Assembly (NCBI GenBank): GCA_958009085.1
Contig: OY253685.1
Location: 248,001 to 312,000, forward strand
Length of the DNA stretch: 64,000 nucleotides
Direction of reading: 5' to 3'
DNA from: Protoeuglena noctilucae
Lineage: Eukaryota
This document shows positions 48,933 to 60,796 of the stretch, piece after piece. The notes under the pieces were generated by a model. That model had not been told where the DNA came from and did no database searches. It saw only the letters and a list, made by a program, of their open reading frames with translations. The stretch's first letter is position 1; every line of letters begins with the position of its first letter. A program made the position numbers and the translations under genes.

Positions 48933-49624
48933 GATGAGGAGAGGTCGATCTCGCGGTACAGTATCCGCCGACCTCCGTCCCTGCGCATGCGCGCGCAGAT
49001 GGGCACAGCCGCAGCCGCGCGAGTCGCGATGCCACCCGGCGTCGCACCCGCCATGACCCCCAGACGCATCGCCAGCCAAGTTGGCAGTCAATTACCGGGC
49101 GGGAGCCATGCGGCTGGCTGGATGCGATGCGGCAGTCGGGGCATGCATCGGCCCTCTGCGGCACTGGGCGCCGAGGCGGGAGCGGAGTCGATGGTGCAGT
49201 CGCAGAGGAGCACGAGAGCAGGAGCGCAGGGGCCCGACGGAGGCGCGCGCGGGCGGGGAACACGCGGGCGGCATGCTGCTACACCCGGCGCGGTCGAATT
49301 GCGATGCCGAGGGGACGACTGATGTGGCTGTAACTAGAGTGTATTTTGTTTGATGCTGGCCGCGCTCATTTCGGCTCATATGGGCACAGAAAAGCTTAGA
49401 ATTACACTTCAAATGAAAGTTCTGGATATTATGACGGCGCCTTTGAGCACGACTGCCTGCCTGCCACTCATTATCTGCAGCTGACGCCTGACAGGGCCGT
49501 GAGCACCCCCACTCTCTGTGCCAGAGCTGTCTGTGCACCTGACACAACACCTGCCCTCACAAGTTTCTGCCACGGCCTATGTGATATCTGCCCCCAGGCC
49601 TCGCGAAGAGTCACACCAGGCCAC

Positions 49625-51537
49625 TCACGTACCCTTTCTTGCGCGCTTACCCCTCCCGCCACCGCCGCCCACCCCGTCAGCTGCGTTGCCCCCTGCAGCC
49701 TCCGCACCCACTCCGCGCTCCCCCTTTGTACGAGTCCCCACCTCCTGTTTGGCCACACCATCAGCGCTGCCCTCCCCGCCCCTCGTCCCCGCCCCACGCC
49801 CCCCTCCCTTGCCGCGAAATGAACGGCCCTTGCCCGCCACCCCCTCCGCCCCTCGCTCCTCGCCCTTCTCACCATTTGCACCTCCCCCATCAACCTCATC
49901 GTGCTCCCCCTTCCGCTTGCCCCGCCCCCGCTGCTTCGCAACCCCCAACTTCTCATCCGCACCCTCATCCATATCGACACGCTTCTCCTGCTCTTTCTCC
50001 TCGCTCTTGGCCCCCGCCTTCTTGGCCCCTGCCCTCTTCTTCCCCTCACGCTCGCCCCGCCCCTTCTTCGCCCCTCCGTTCGCGCCCCTCCCCTCCCCAT
50101 CACCCTCCTCACCCACTCCCTCGCCCTCTTCGTCGCCCTCCCCATCTCCCTCTCCCTCGTCATCGTCCCCGCCCTTGCCCTTCCGCCTCCGCCTCGGCTC
50201 ACCCCGCATCGTCTGCACCGCGGGCACTACAGCCGACGTGCGCCCGCCCACCGTCACAAACACGATGCGGTTGCCGTGCGCGTCCTGACCCGACTGCTTG
50301 CGTGTCCAGCGGAAGTGAAAGAGCCACGAGGGAGGGAAACGGTCTGGGGGAGCGAGGTGGGCGAGCGGCTGGTGTGGAAGGCGGGGTCGGTAGTCGGGTG
50401 CCAGACGCGCCATCGCGTCTGCTGTCATTGCAGCCACCGCAGGCAGTAATGTGTCACCTGAGTCGGCATTGACGGCACACGCCTCCCTGACGACGTAAAG
50501 CAGCTTGTCGTGGAGACGCTCGACTGCCGAGGACTCCAGGGCGGACGCGACGGACTCGGGATGGATGCCCGCCTGGTAGAGCACCTCGTCCGCCACTGCA
50601 GATGTGCGGGGGGATGGGGGGCGTTGTGGCGAAGATGAGGCATTGTGGTACACGACACGTCAATCAAGCCAGGCCATGTTCATTAAGAGCAGGTTGGAGA
50701 TTAAGACAACTCTTATACTCTCACCCCAGTTCCCGACCCCCGCTGAGAAGCTCTGGTCCAGCAACAAAGCTTTGATGGGCTTCCTGGACTTGGCCAGCGC
50801 GGCAGCGAAGGCGTCGAGGGGCAGGGGGTCGAGGAAAGGGTCGAAACCTGCATATGGGGATGACGAGAGGAGGTCAGGCGCAGGGATCAAGCACAGCTGG
50901 AGCGCTGGGCAACACAGCCCGCACGTGCTCACCCAGCTTGTCGATGGGCGTGGGTCCAGAGACGTGCAGCCAGATCTTGCCCAGTCGTCGGGGGTCGCTG
51001 AAGGCCATCGACGTGCCGCAATCCGTCGCGACCTGCATCTTGACGAATCGTGGCGGCCAGGACCCCTCCTCGTCGGCCTTCACGTTCACGTAGGCCACCG
51101 ATTTGGCGCCGCGGATGTGGATTGCGCCAGTCATTCCGAAGTGCAGGTACAGCGTGCATTGGTTGCTGCGTCCGAGGGTCGGGGAGCAAGCCTGGGTTGG
51201 GCAGACGCACAGCACCCGTGCCAATCGATGCAAATCCCCCGCAGCGCGCGCACCTGAGCCGCATCCACAGCACCTTCCCTTTCCTCCCGACATTTTCAAC
51301 AGTCAAACCGACCAGCTTCTTCGCTAGCTGCAAGGGAGGGGCGACACGGCGATACATACCGCCAACCGTTGATGCTGCGCATTGCGCGCGGGCTGCAAGC
51401 CGTCTCACCTCCTCTCCGGTGAGTCCACCCTGCATAATCTTGTCGTCCGTCTCAGCCACGACGGCAGAGATCCGCTTGCCGCGCAGGTGCTCCTCCAGCA
51501 CGCGCCGGGCACTCTCGACCTCCGGCAGCTCTGGCAT
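49625..51537 (-). CDS. FPG: Formamidopyrimidine-DNA glycosylase, plant/fungal zincless-finger type, with long K/G/E-rich tail
   Basis: MPELPEVE, GRKGK, LHFGMTG, FSDPRRLG, IKALLLDQ..AGVGNW|VADEVLYQAGIHP, FPPSWLFHFRW, TVGGRTSA; 3' end approximate. Confidence 0.95.
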
Positions 51538-51954
51538 GGCAGGGCACGCGCGATGAGGCGGAGGCGGAGCCTCAGTGAAATGTGTCGACGCCATCGTGGT
51601 GCGGCAGTGCTACGTTCCCATGTTATGACCTAGCCACGTTAGTGGCACTGAGTGGCACAGCTGCAGCACACGGCTGTGAAGCTCTCTCTCGTTCAAAAGC
51701 TGTTGGTGTTGGTGGGGACCGAAATCGCATGGGTGCGGGAATCGACGGTACAGGGGCCAAGCCAGCCGCAAAATCGCCTTGCCTCGCAGCGCCACGAAGG
51801 CCGCAACAAAAGAAATGCACCATGCTCTTATGCGCATGTAAATGTAGCTAGAAGCTAAAGTTGATGGAGACGTGCTGTGCAGCGTTAGACATGCAGCGCG
51901 TGCAATCAGTGGGCACGACAAGGGCGTGCCGTGGTGGTGGTCGGCCAAGCCAGG

Positions 51955-54840
51955 TCAGGCGTGCCTGGGACACATGACCTCCTGCGGCACCCCAAGGTTC
52001 TCAAAAGCCCGGATGCGTCCGGAGTAACCTGCCACCAGAATGACGGCGCCGTAGAGACCCAACCCCACACGCTCCCCCGCCTACTGGCCACCCCACCCCA
52101 TCCTGTGCACACAGGACCAAAGCCAGGACGCAGTGACACAGCGCCGCGGGATGGCGAGCAGCATCCACGCCCACCCCGCCGTGGGTGAAGGACACCATAC
52201 AGGGCACTAGGCTTCTCTGGGCTCACCCGAGCGGTGGCTGGGCGGCGTCCTCTGTGCGGCACCTGCTCAGCGTCCCGCTCGAGTCGCGCCGCGGCACCAC
52301 GGTGCGCTTGGGCGGGATGGGGGCGCCGGACGACTGCCGGAGCACATTGCCCTGCGACAGAGAGTCGCCAACCATCGTCCGTGTCTGCGATACCAGCAAC
52401 GATGATCATCACGCACCCGCCCCGCAGTGGAAGTGTTCCTTGCCTTGGCGGAGTCCTTGGGTGAGTGCCCCATCTCGGGCGTGGTAGAGGCGGTGGAGGA
52501 GGCCAGGGCACGGTGGAGCGCGGCGACGACGTGGCGGCACCGCTCGGGGGCAAAGATGGCGATCAAAGCCGTCTCGTCCAGGGCCCTGGGGGTGGCGCGA
52601 GTCGTGGATGAGACGAGGGCTGCCGTGCTGCGCAAGGCGTCGCAGGTGGCTGTGCATCCATGGGGCCACTGCTCAGCACTCACTGGAAACTCTCGTAAGC
52701 GTATTGCTTGTCGCGCCGGGCGTGCCCCAGCTCGTCCTCGCTGCCCCGCCCCGACGCTGTGCGCCACAGCATGACCTTCCCGTCGTCCGACCCCGACAGG
52801 ACGTACTTGCCGTCTGCGGGAGAGAGAACGCAGGGAGGTGTAGGGGCAGTGGCACTGTGGGGCTTGACCGTGCGGTAGACGGTGCTGCTGAGAGTGCCTG
52901 GCCTCAGCCCATGCGAACCTCGCCCGTGACCGACCACGCCCGTCAGCTGCGCAGTAGTAGTCACTACTGCGCCCGTCCGCACTCGCCCGCTGGTCCGGCA
53001 ATGGTCCCGCAGCGCACCCGGACTCACCCGGGGACGCCGAGGCGCGGATCTGGCTGTTGAGATTGCGGTGGCCCTTGAATTTCGCTCGCTGCGCATATCC
53101 CTCGAAAAGGCGCACGCGGGAGTCGTTCGAGGACACCAGAAGACGGGGGACGCAACTCTCGCCTGGCAGCACCTCGAGGCCTGGGGACAAGCACAAGAGC
53201 AGGTCAGGCCACACGGCAGCACTCGGCATGTGGGTGCACGTCTCTTTCGCAAGACCCCCCACCGCACCTGTGATCTTGCGCGCGCGTGCGCCCCGCGATG
53301 TGTTCTTCACTTCCACCTGGGTCGAGAGCTCCAGGCCCAGCCCCTTCTCGCCGCGCGCCTGGACGGCGTAGAAGCGGCACTGGCCCCGCATAGAGCCCAC
53401 GACGGCCTGGTCCCCGCTCGCCCCGAAACACGCGGACGTGACCATGTCGTCGACCTTGGTACCGTCCACGACGGCGCACTCGGGGACGCTCCACAGGTGC
53501 ACGCCGCCGTCCACGGTCCCTGCGGCGACGAGAGCGATGGCGGTGCGCTTGGGGTGGCACGCAGCACGCAGCATAGATCGGTGAGCATGGGTTGATCACG
53601 TGTTGCCACTCACCTGCCAAAAAATACCGGTGGTCTTTGGGGTAGAAGGCGACGCACGTGACGAAGTCGCCGTGTTCAAAGACCCGGAGGCACACGTCGG
53701 AAGAGGCGTGCCAGAGACGCACGGTGCGGTCCATACTGCGACAGGTGTGAAAGGAGCGTGAGAAAAGAATGAGACACAGAGTCACAGCACATGAGGTCTT
53801 ACCAACATGCGCATGGACCCTCGCCTGCTGGAAAGGAGGAACTCGCTCTCTCCGTTGGTGGCAGACCATGACAGGTCCAGGATGTCGGCCGTGTGGCCCT
53901 GGAGCTCCCTGCAGCCCAGCGACCGTGCGGCACATGTCATGCGTGTCGGCTGTGTGTCTTTTCAGGCGTGACAGAGAAGCACAACTGGGACGCGTGCACG
54001 ACTGTCCCATGGCACATGCGCAGCGCCTCGCCTGAGGGGCTGCTCCGACAGCACGGGCACGTGGGTCCGCCCCGGGTCGTCCCGACTGCCCACGTGCTCC
54101 GAACGGTCCAGCACGCCCCAGACGCGCACGACGGCGTCCTGGCCCCCCGTTGCCAGGAACCTCCCGAGGAATGAGAACTTCATCGCCCAGATGGCACCTG
54201 CAGGCATTGCTGGCACACCCTCAGCACACACGTACCCTGCAACCCGCCAATCCGTGCCAGAGGCAGGCTCAGCTCACCCTCGTGCGCCTTGATGTCTTGC
54301 ACGACCCCCAGGTTGCTCAGCTCCCTCTGACACTTGCGGAACACCATCACCGGCACCGAGTGGTCGTCTGTTAGGTCCGGGTCCTTTGCAGGCGGGGCCC
54401 GGCCAGGTGCGGGCGGCGGCCGCGGGTTCGCAGAGCTGGAAGCGAACAGTTTCCCGAACAGCGAGCGCAGGCTGCGGGGCCGCTGGCCGCGAAGTGGGGG
54501 CTGACCCTCTGCCTTGCCAACCTCGGCCTCCAAGCCCCGGTCCCGCGCAGGCCTCGTCACAGGCGCGGAGACGCGACGAGAGACGTCTTGCATGCTGCTC
54601 GTCCGCGGCAGAGCGCCCGCTGCGGACCACCAACAGGCTCGTTAGGCGCGTAACTGGACGCTAGGGTGTGTGCGCCCGTGAGGCCGCGGGCCCGAATGGA
54701 CGCGGGGCAACAAGCCAGGCGCACGCAATTACCTATCCGCTCGTCGCTGGAGTCGCTCCACAAACTCTCGGGGTCCTCAGAAACGCGCATTTTGGCCGGC
54801 GAGGGCCGCGCGTCGGCCTCCAGCCCTAACCCTCCCATCC
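51955..54840 (-). CDS. WDR44-like WD40 protein (5' end uncertain, may extend to ~55500-55800)
   Basis: QDIKAHE|GAIWAMKFS..LATGGQDAVVRVW, GHTADILDLSWS, SSSMDRTVRLW, FEHGDFVTCVAFYPKD..YF, LLVSSNDSRVR, C-terminal GAVILVAGYSGRIRAFENLG. Confidence 0.85.
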
Positions 54841-55861
54841 CTGCGCGGATGGCGTTGCGGACGAATCAAAATGTGTCACCGGTTGCTGCCCGTGAACACC
54901 CATGGACGCAGCGAGGTTCGTTAGTGCGAGGAGCACGAGGTTGCATGGAATGACCTCAGCGCAGTTGCTGTCCCAAGCATTGTATAGCGACCGCCCCACC
55001 CCAGCAAGACGTATCCAACACGTCAGATTGCCGCAGCGGCCAGACGCATCCCGCCCGGGGCCCACACGCAGTGCCCTCGCGCACACGCACCGTCTCGATC
55101 GCCCTTTCTATCGCCTGTCACGGCAACATGCGACACGGCCGGCCCCGCGGCATTCTTGTCCCCGTGTAAATCCGATAATTCCGATCAGGCGCTCGCAGTC
55201 GTGCGGCGCAGCCACTATCGGTTCCGAGCTGGTTTCACGCGATATCCCCTGCGAATCGGAGCCCTGCAATATCCCGAGAGAGCGATACCGCGTGCCGCGC
55301 TGCATCGTGCGTGGGGAAAACAGGAAAACAGCTGTCGGGGTGACACACGAGGGTTCTGGCATCAGAGACACGCTCTATCCGCCGATTCCCTTGCTTGATT
55401 GCACACTCTGACCGCTGCCGCACCTCCCTGCACGCGCGCACTTGCCTCTCGACGAGACTCGTCCTGACTTCTCAACCACCCTACCCCGTCGCTGCACTTA
55501 CCGAGTTTTGAACTGTGAATCCATAACCAAGCATCATGGCGGCCCGTATGGTCTCCGTCGCGATCGGGGAGGGCGTCGCTGGGCTGAAGGGCACCCGGTG
55601 AGCGGCCACGACGGGCCCTTGGGCTCCCGCGTGTTCATTTACGTGCCTGTGGGCTGCTGGTAGGAATGCTGTCTTGCCCCCACGGCCGCACGAGGGCTGG
55701 GAGGGCAGGTCCTGGATGGCTTGGTGGTCGTGTGGCCGGGGCCTTTTCGCAGCGCGGCCGCCCCCGATGCTCGCGACGGCGGTCGCGTTGACAACACCGT
55801 CATCACCCATGTCGAGTGACTTGCGCGAGGCCGCCCCAAGCGCTGTGGGTGCGCGCGGGGG

Positions 55862-56429
55862 ATGTCCGCACCAGCGACCTCAACCACGATGCTCCCCCTT
55901 GGTCTGTGGGCCCGCGTCGCCCGGCTTGCCCACCTCATGCGAGACACTGGATTCTTATCTGCCAACAGGAGCCAGAGGAGCCGGGTGGCGGCGGTGCGGG
56001 CGGCGTCCACGGCCGAGCCCGTGGGTGAGGCCACATCGTCCAAGGTGTCTTCCGTGTCCATCGAGTACCAGCGGCAACGGGCGAAGGAGATGACCAAGTA
56101 CTTCAACAGCCTCAAGGTGAGCCCCGCGATGGACGCCGCGCCGGGGTGGACGGCCTGCGCGCCTGTTGCCGAACGTTGCAGGCCTGGCCCGGGCCCCGCC
56201 GAGCGCGTGGGTCCCACCGGCATGTATTCCCACATCTGCGCAGTTTGAGAAGACTGTGGCGGACCAGCAGGTGTTCGGCTGGACGCGCAAGAACGAGATT
56301 GGCAACGGGCGATGGGTGATGATGGGCATTGCCATTGGCCTCCTGACGGAGCTTGCCACAGGGGTTAGCTTCCCGCAGCAGCTCGCTCTCATGGTCTCGT
56401 ACTTGGGGATTGCCGACATCTACGACTGA
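55862..56429 (+). CDS. OHP2: One-helix protein 2 (LHC-like, PSII assembly)
   Basis: SIEYQRQRAKEMTKYF..|..FGWTRKNEIGNGRWVMMGIAIGLLTELATG; start could be 55862 or 55889. Confidence 0.88.
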
Positions 56430-56488
56430 GAGGCCCACGTGGCGGTTTGAATGCGATGGGACGAGCGGTCTAGCACTGCGCCAGCCCT

Positions 56489-59400
56489 TCACAGTCCCGG
56501 GGCAGCGTCGACCTTGGCCCCCTTGCGCAGCACCCACAGCGCGTCCAGGTACGCCTCCACCCGCTCGTGGCCCAGGGCCGCCCGCACTGCGTCTTGCTGC
56601 AGAATCTCCGGGGACAGCCCGTGGGCCACCTCCATCAACAGCATCCACCAGGAGCTGCCTTCTGGGCAATCCTGGGGTCCCTGCGTGGAAAGAGACGGGT
56701 CAGTGAACCCATCAGCGTGGCTGGAGTACCACACACTGACCACGTGGATGCAGATGCTTTCCGCAGCCGCGGCGCCATCGCCCCTGAAAGCCTGTGTCCC
56801 TCGCTCACCCGCACTTGCGCGGCTGCCATGAGCTCCAGCACGGCAGCGGCGTAGGTGGCGCTGTAGGGCGGCCCGCACTGCGACAGGACGCCGTACAGCG
56901 CAAACTGGGCGTCGTCAGGCGCCGCCCTCCTTGCGAACGCCGACAGCCACTCCAGGGCCAGCCCCGAATTGTGCCTCGTAAGGACCTCCAGCACCAGCTC
57001 CACCATCGCCAGACGCGTGCCTGACTCGGTGCCGGGGCTGAGGCACACGTCCCTGCGTGCCAGGTGCCAAGCGTCACGTGGCAGGTTGCCGACGCATGCA
57101 GCTGAGTGACCGGACAAGCCTGTGGGGCATGCGGGACTGCACGCGCGCGCGCTCTTACCGGAACAAGGCGAGGACGTGGGCACAGAGCTGCGGCTGGGCC
57201 CCGTAGATGTGCTGGCCTGCCTTGCACATGGCCCGGGTGGTCGCCGGCGTCAGGAACTGCTCCCCTACCTCGTCCACGTGCCACATCATCTGCGTGAGGA
57301 TCATTGTGGGGTCTTGTGCGCTCCAGGGCTCATGTCGACGCACCAAGCAGGCGTGCGCCACTGCAGTCGCGTCACCTGGTGCAGCATGCCCGTGCACGCC
57401 GCTGGTAGAATGGTGGCCACTCCCAGGTCGTGGTCATGAGGCAGCACCCCGCTGATGGCCGCCCGCCCCACCTGCGCGCAATCGCACTTCGGTTTACGTC
57501 AATATACACACTGTCCGTCCCACAGTGTCTCTGCATCCTCGCCTGCCATGCCTGCCAGCAAACCAGACCGCTGCACCTGCACCCACACCAAGCACCTGTG
57601 CCGCCTTGTCAAGCACCGTCTCTGCCTCCTCCAGCGTCATCCGGAACGTCAGCTCCCCGCCTTCGCCACCGGGGTCGCCTGCATGCAAAGTCCACGTCAC
57701 GGGTGGACTGGGTGCTTTTGCGTCTACAGTACGGCCACAGGTACATATGCAGAGGCAGTTGCAAAAACCTTCACCGCCATACCCCTCCCTCACCTGCCCC
57801 CTCGTGTGGCCCTGCACCCCGCCCCCGCGTCGGCAAACCCTGCCCGTGTGTCCCCTCATTGCCGTTGGCTGCCCAGCCCCCTGGCGTCGCCCGGGCCGCC
57901 ACCGCAGCATGCTCCGTGTCTGGGTCGAAGAAGCAGTGAACTGGCAGTCGCGTCACACACAGCATGTGGCTGTATGGAACACAAGATGAGTTGCACGCTC
58001 ATCCGCCCGGGGGGACTGGCAGGGAAGCATTATTGATAAGACTGGACATGTAAGAGCAGAGCACGATGTCCACAGTCTGTATCCAGTAGTCTCGCGAACC
58101 CTTACCCGCACTGCACGCCAGCGCCAGGATCCTCCGTGCGCGCTGCTGGTCTTGCAGGGGCAGCTGCCTGGCTGGGTTGAAGAGCAGCGCCATGAGGTGC
58201 TGCAGGACGGGGAGGCGCTGGATGGCCGAGATGCTGGGCAGCGGCTGCCCACCGTCGCTGTGGGACGTGGAGGGGGCCTCGTCAGCAGCAACCTGCTGGG
58301 CACAACAGGGGCGTACACGGCATTTATGCAGGTATGCGATACGCAAAACACCCATGGTTGGTATCATCATCGACACCCACTGGCACGTCTGCCCCGCTGC
58401 TCTCACCGCGTCCCAGGCGCGTTCACGGTCGTCGGCCCTCCGCCCCTGTCGTGGGGTGCTGCCACGGGACCCTCGGCCCCCCCGGCCCCGCGGCGTCGGG
58501 GCTGCTTGCAAGCTCCCCGTGTCTGGGTCCGCGGAGGCGGTCGAGGGGAAGTAGAGGGACATGAGGCGTTGCAGGGGTCCGCTGGGGTCTGCAGGAGAGG
58601 CAAGGCCACGCGGTGCATCAAGCCAGGCCATGGACCATACCATGCAAGTCACGCAGGGCAAGCACGGGTGATGGCAACTTTCGGCGAAGGCCTCGCGCTC
58701 GCCTGCCCGGCTCTGCAGCAGCATGGCCGCCGCCTTGTGCGCTGCCCGGTCGACTTTGCCTATGTGCCGTGGCAGCAGCGCTGGGCTCAGTTGGCTGGCC
58801 TCCTGCCACACCCCTGGCCCCTGGGAATCCCCCACGGCGCGCTGAATGGCCGACGCCACCGCCCTGCGCGTATACAGAGAGGTCAGATGCCACGCCCGGC
58901 ATGCGCGGCACCGCACGCCCCCGTCGCCGCAGCTGCTGTGACTAGCAGTGTCACTCACCGGAAGGGACCCCCCAGTGGCATGTCCCCGAGTTTCGTCAAT
59001 ACCATGAGAGCGTATAGGTACGTGTGCTCGTCAGCCTTGGTCGCCATCTCAATGGCCGCCTCCGTGCCCAATGGGTCGCCGGACAGAGCCGCAGCCTCCA
59101 GGCGCGCCGCAAAGATGCGGCTGAACACATCGAAGAAGCCCGTCAGAGGGCCACCCACGCCGGCGACCTGCGAGGGCCAGGGAGCGCGGCGTGCACGACT
59201 GTCTGCCAAGCTGCCCTGGGCTGCTCAGGGCTGGGATGCCCAGGGGGGTGCCAAGTCTGCGCAGTCCAAGCTCTCACCTCTCTGGCGAAGCCAAGGGAGA
59301 GGATGCGCTGGATGGCGAAATTCAGGAGGAGGCACGTGCGATGCCGGCTGGACAGATCGTAGACGAGCTGCCGACCGTACGCGTCGTTCACGATCCCCTC

Positions 59401-60356
59401 GAGCCAGGGCGGCGGGCCCGATCCGCCCTTCTTGAAGATGCCCTTGAATACCCTGCGGCGGCAAGTTGGGAGAGCCGTGCTTCCAACTGCAATGGCCCAG
59501 GGGGCACGCGAGCAGCGGGCAGAGGGGCAGAGCAGTGCACTCACCGTGGGTCGAACTTCTCGAACGCCATCTCCTCGAGCATCGCAACCAGAAGGTTATT
59601 GCCAGCCTGCATGTTGAGGGAGTGCAATTGGATAAGCCTTTGCTGCGAGATTGAAGCAAAGGCCAGCTCTCGGCTGGCGCAGCTGGCGGAGCTCGATGCA
59701 GGCGTCTTGGAGGGACGAGCGCTCGTAGGCGAAAGATCTGCAAAGTATGTCAGGCCACGGTTGAGGAGGTCTGCGGGTGCGTCCTCGCCTCGGGGCTGTA
59801 GACGGCCTCGGGCGGGGCCTCGCCGGTGGCCAGCGCGAGCCACTGGCACGTGAGCTGCGCCATCTGGGCATACCCCACGTAGGAGTCCGCCAGCAGCTCC
59901 ACTGCTGTGTCGGGCTTGCCCCCGCGCTGCACGTATTTCCGCAGGACCTGCGAGGTGCGGTGCCCGTGCGCCCTGGTACCACGGACAGGCAGCATCCCGC
60001 CGCCCCTGGATCGCTACGGTGGTTACATATGCAATAGATGTATGCGTTGCAATGTTGCACGGCGACAAAGATCTGTTGCCGCGTCAGCGGGGATAGGCGT
60101 GCTTTGTTGGCCCCTTCCCTAACCTCCCTGCCGGCCCGGGAGCCGCGAAATCCACAGACATGGCGCGACAGGATAGAGCACGCGTCGGTGAAACGTTTTT
60201 CCCCCGTCCCTTCGCACAGGGCGCCCGGGAGCGCTCTGCATCGTGACGCGAACGGGCATGGGCGCATCTGCTCGCCTGGAGAATGTCGGGCTCCATGATG
60301 CAGTCAGGCTGACGCATCTGCTGCTCCAGTTGGAGCAGCTCCCGATCCGCGTCCAT
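56489..60356 (-). CDS. NELFCD: Negative elongation factor subunit C/D (TH1 family)
   Basis: PDCIMEPDILQ|VLRKYVQRGGKP..VELLADSYVGYAQMAQL..QWL; PPPWL..RQLVYDLSSRHRTCLLLNFAIQRI; HTYLYA; LPVLQHLMALLFNP; PPYS. Confidence 0.85.
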
Positions 60357-60796
60357 CGATTCGCGCCCTGCCGCGCCCGGGGGCTGCCCGAGAAATCTCC
60401 ACAGTGGGGGCGACACGCAAGCGGACGCGATGAGGGCGGGGCGATGTTGTGTGATGGATCGAAGCAACAGTCAGGCCATGGCATATCTTGTGCTGTCCCG
60501 GGTCCCGGGCTGCATGTCTGGCGCGCGCCAGACCGCCTTGTCTGGCGCCGTCGTGGCTCGGTTACAGCGTGCGCCACACTGCGGTATATGCGTCAGTCAC
60601 TTGGCACGCTGCCTGGGTCACGCGGAGGTGCCCAGCGCGGCGTTCCTTTGCTCCCTGAGTGTTTGCACATGTGCACATTATTTTGCCGATGCTCCTGCGA
60701 GTGTAATTTGCAACCGCCATCACTTTTGATAGCAAGGATGTCGACTCCTCTTGCTTGACGCGGGGACGGCCCCAAGCTCTCTTGGAAATTCACTCA

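Larger units (their letters stand above)
48543..49309. repeat. 5S-containing direct repeat, copy 2
   Basis: Direct repeat of 43491-44267. Confidence 0.96.

Noticed and set aside
43491..49309. LTR/Cassandra-type retroelement or 5S-derived SINE3
   Set aside because: No TG..CA termini, PBS, PPT, target-site duplication, RT or integrase. The 5S is full-length with its own terminator, and the interior is an intron-containing host-type gene.
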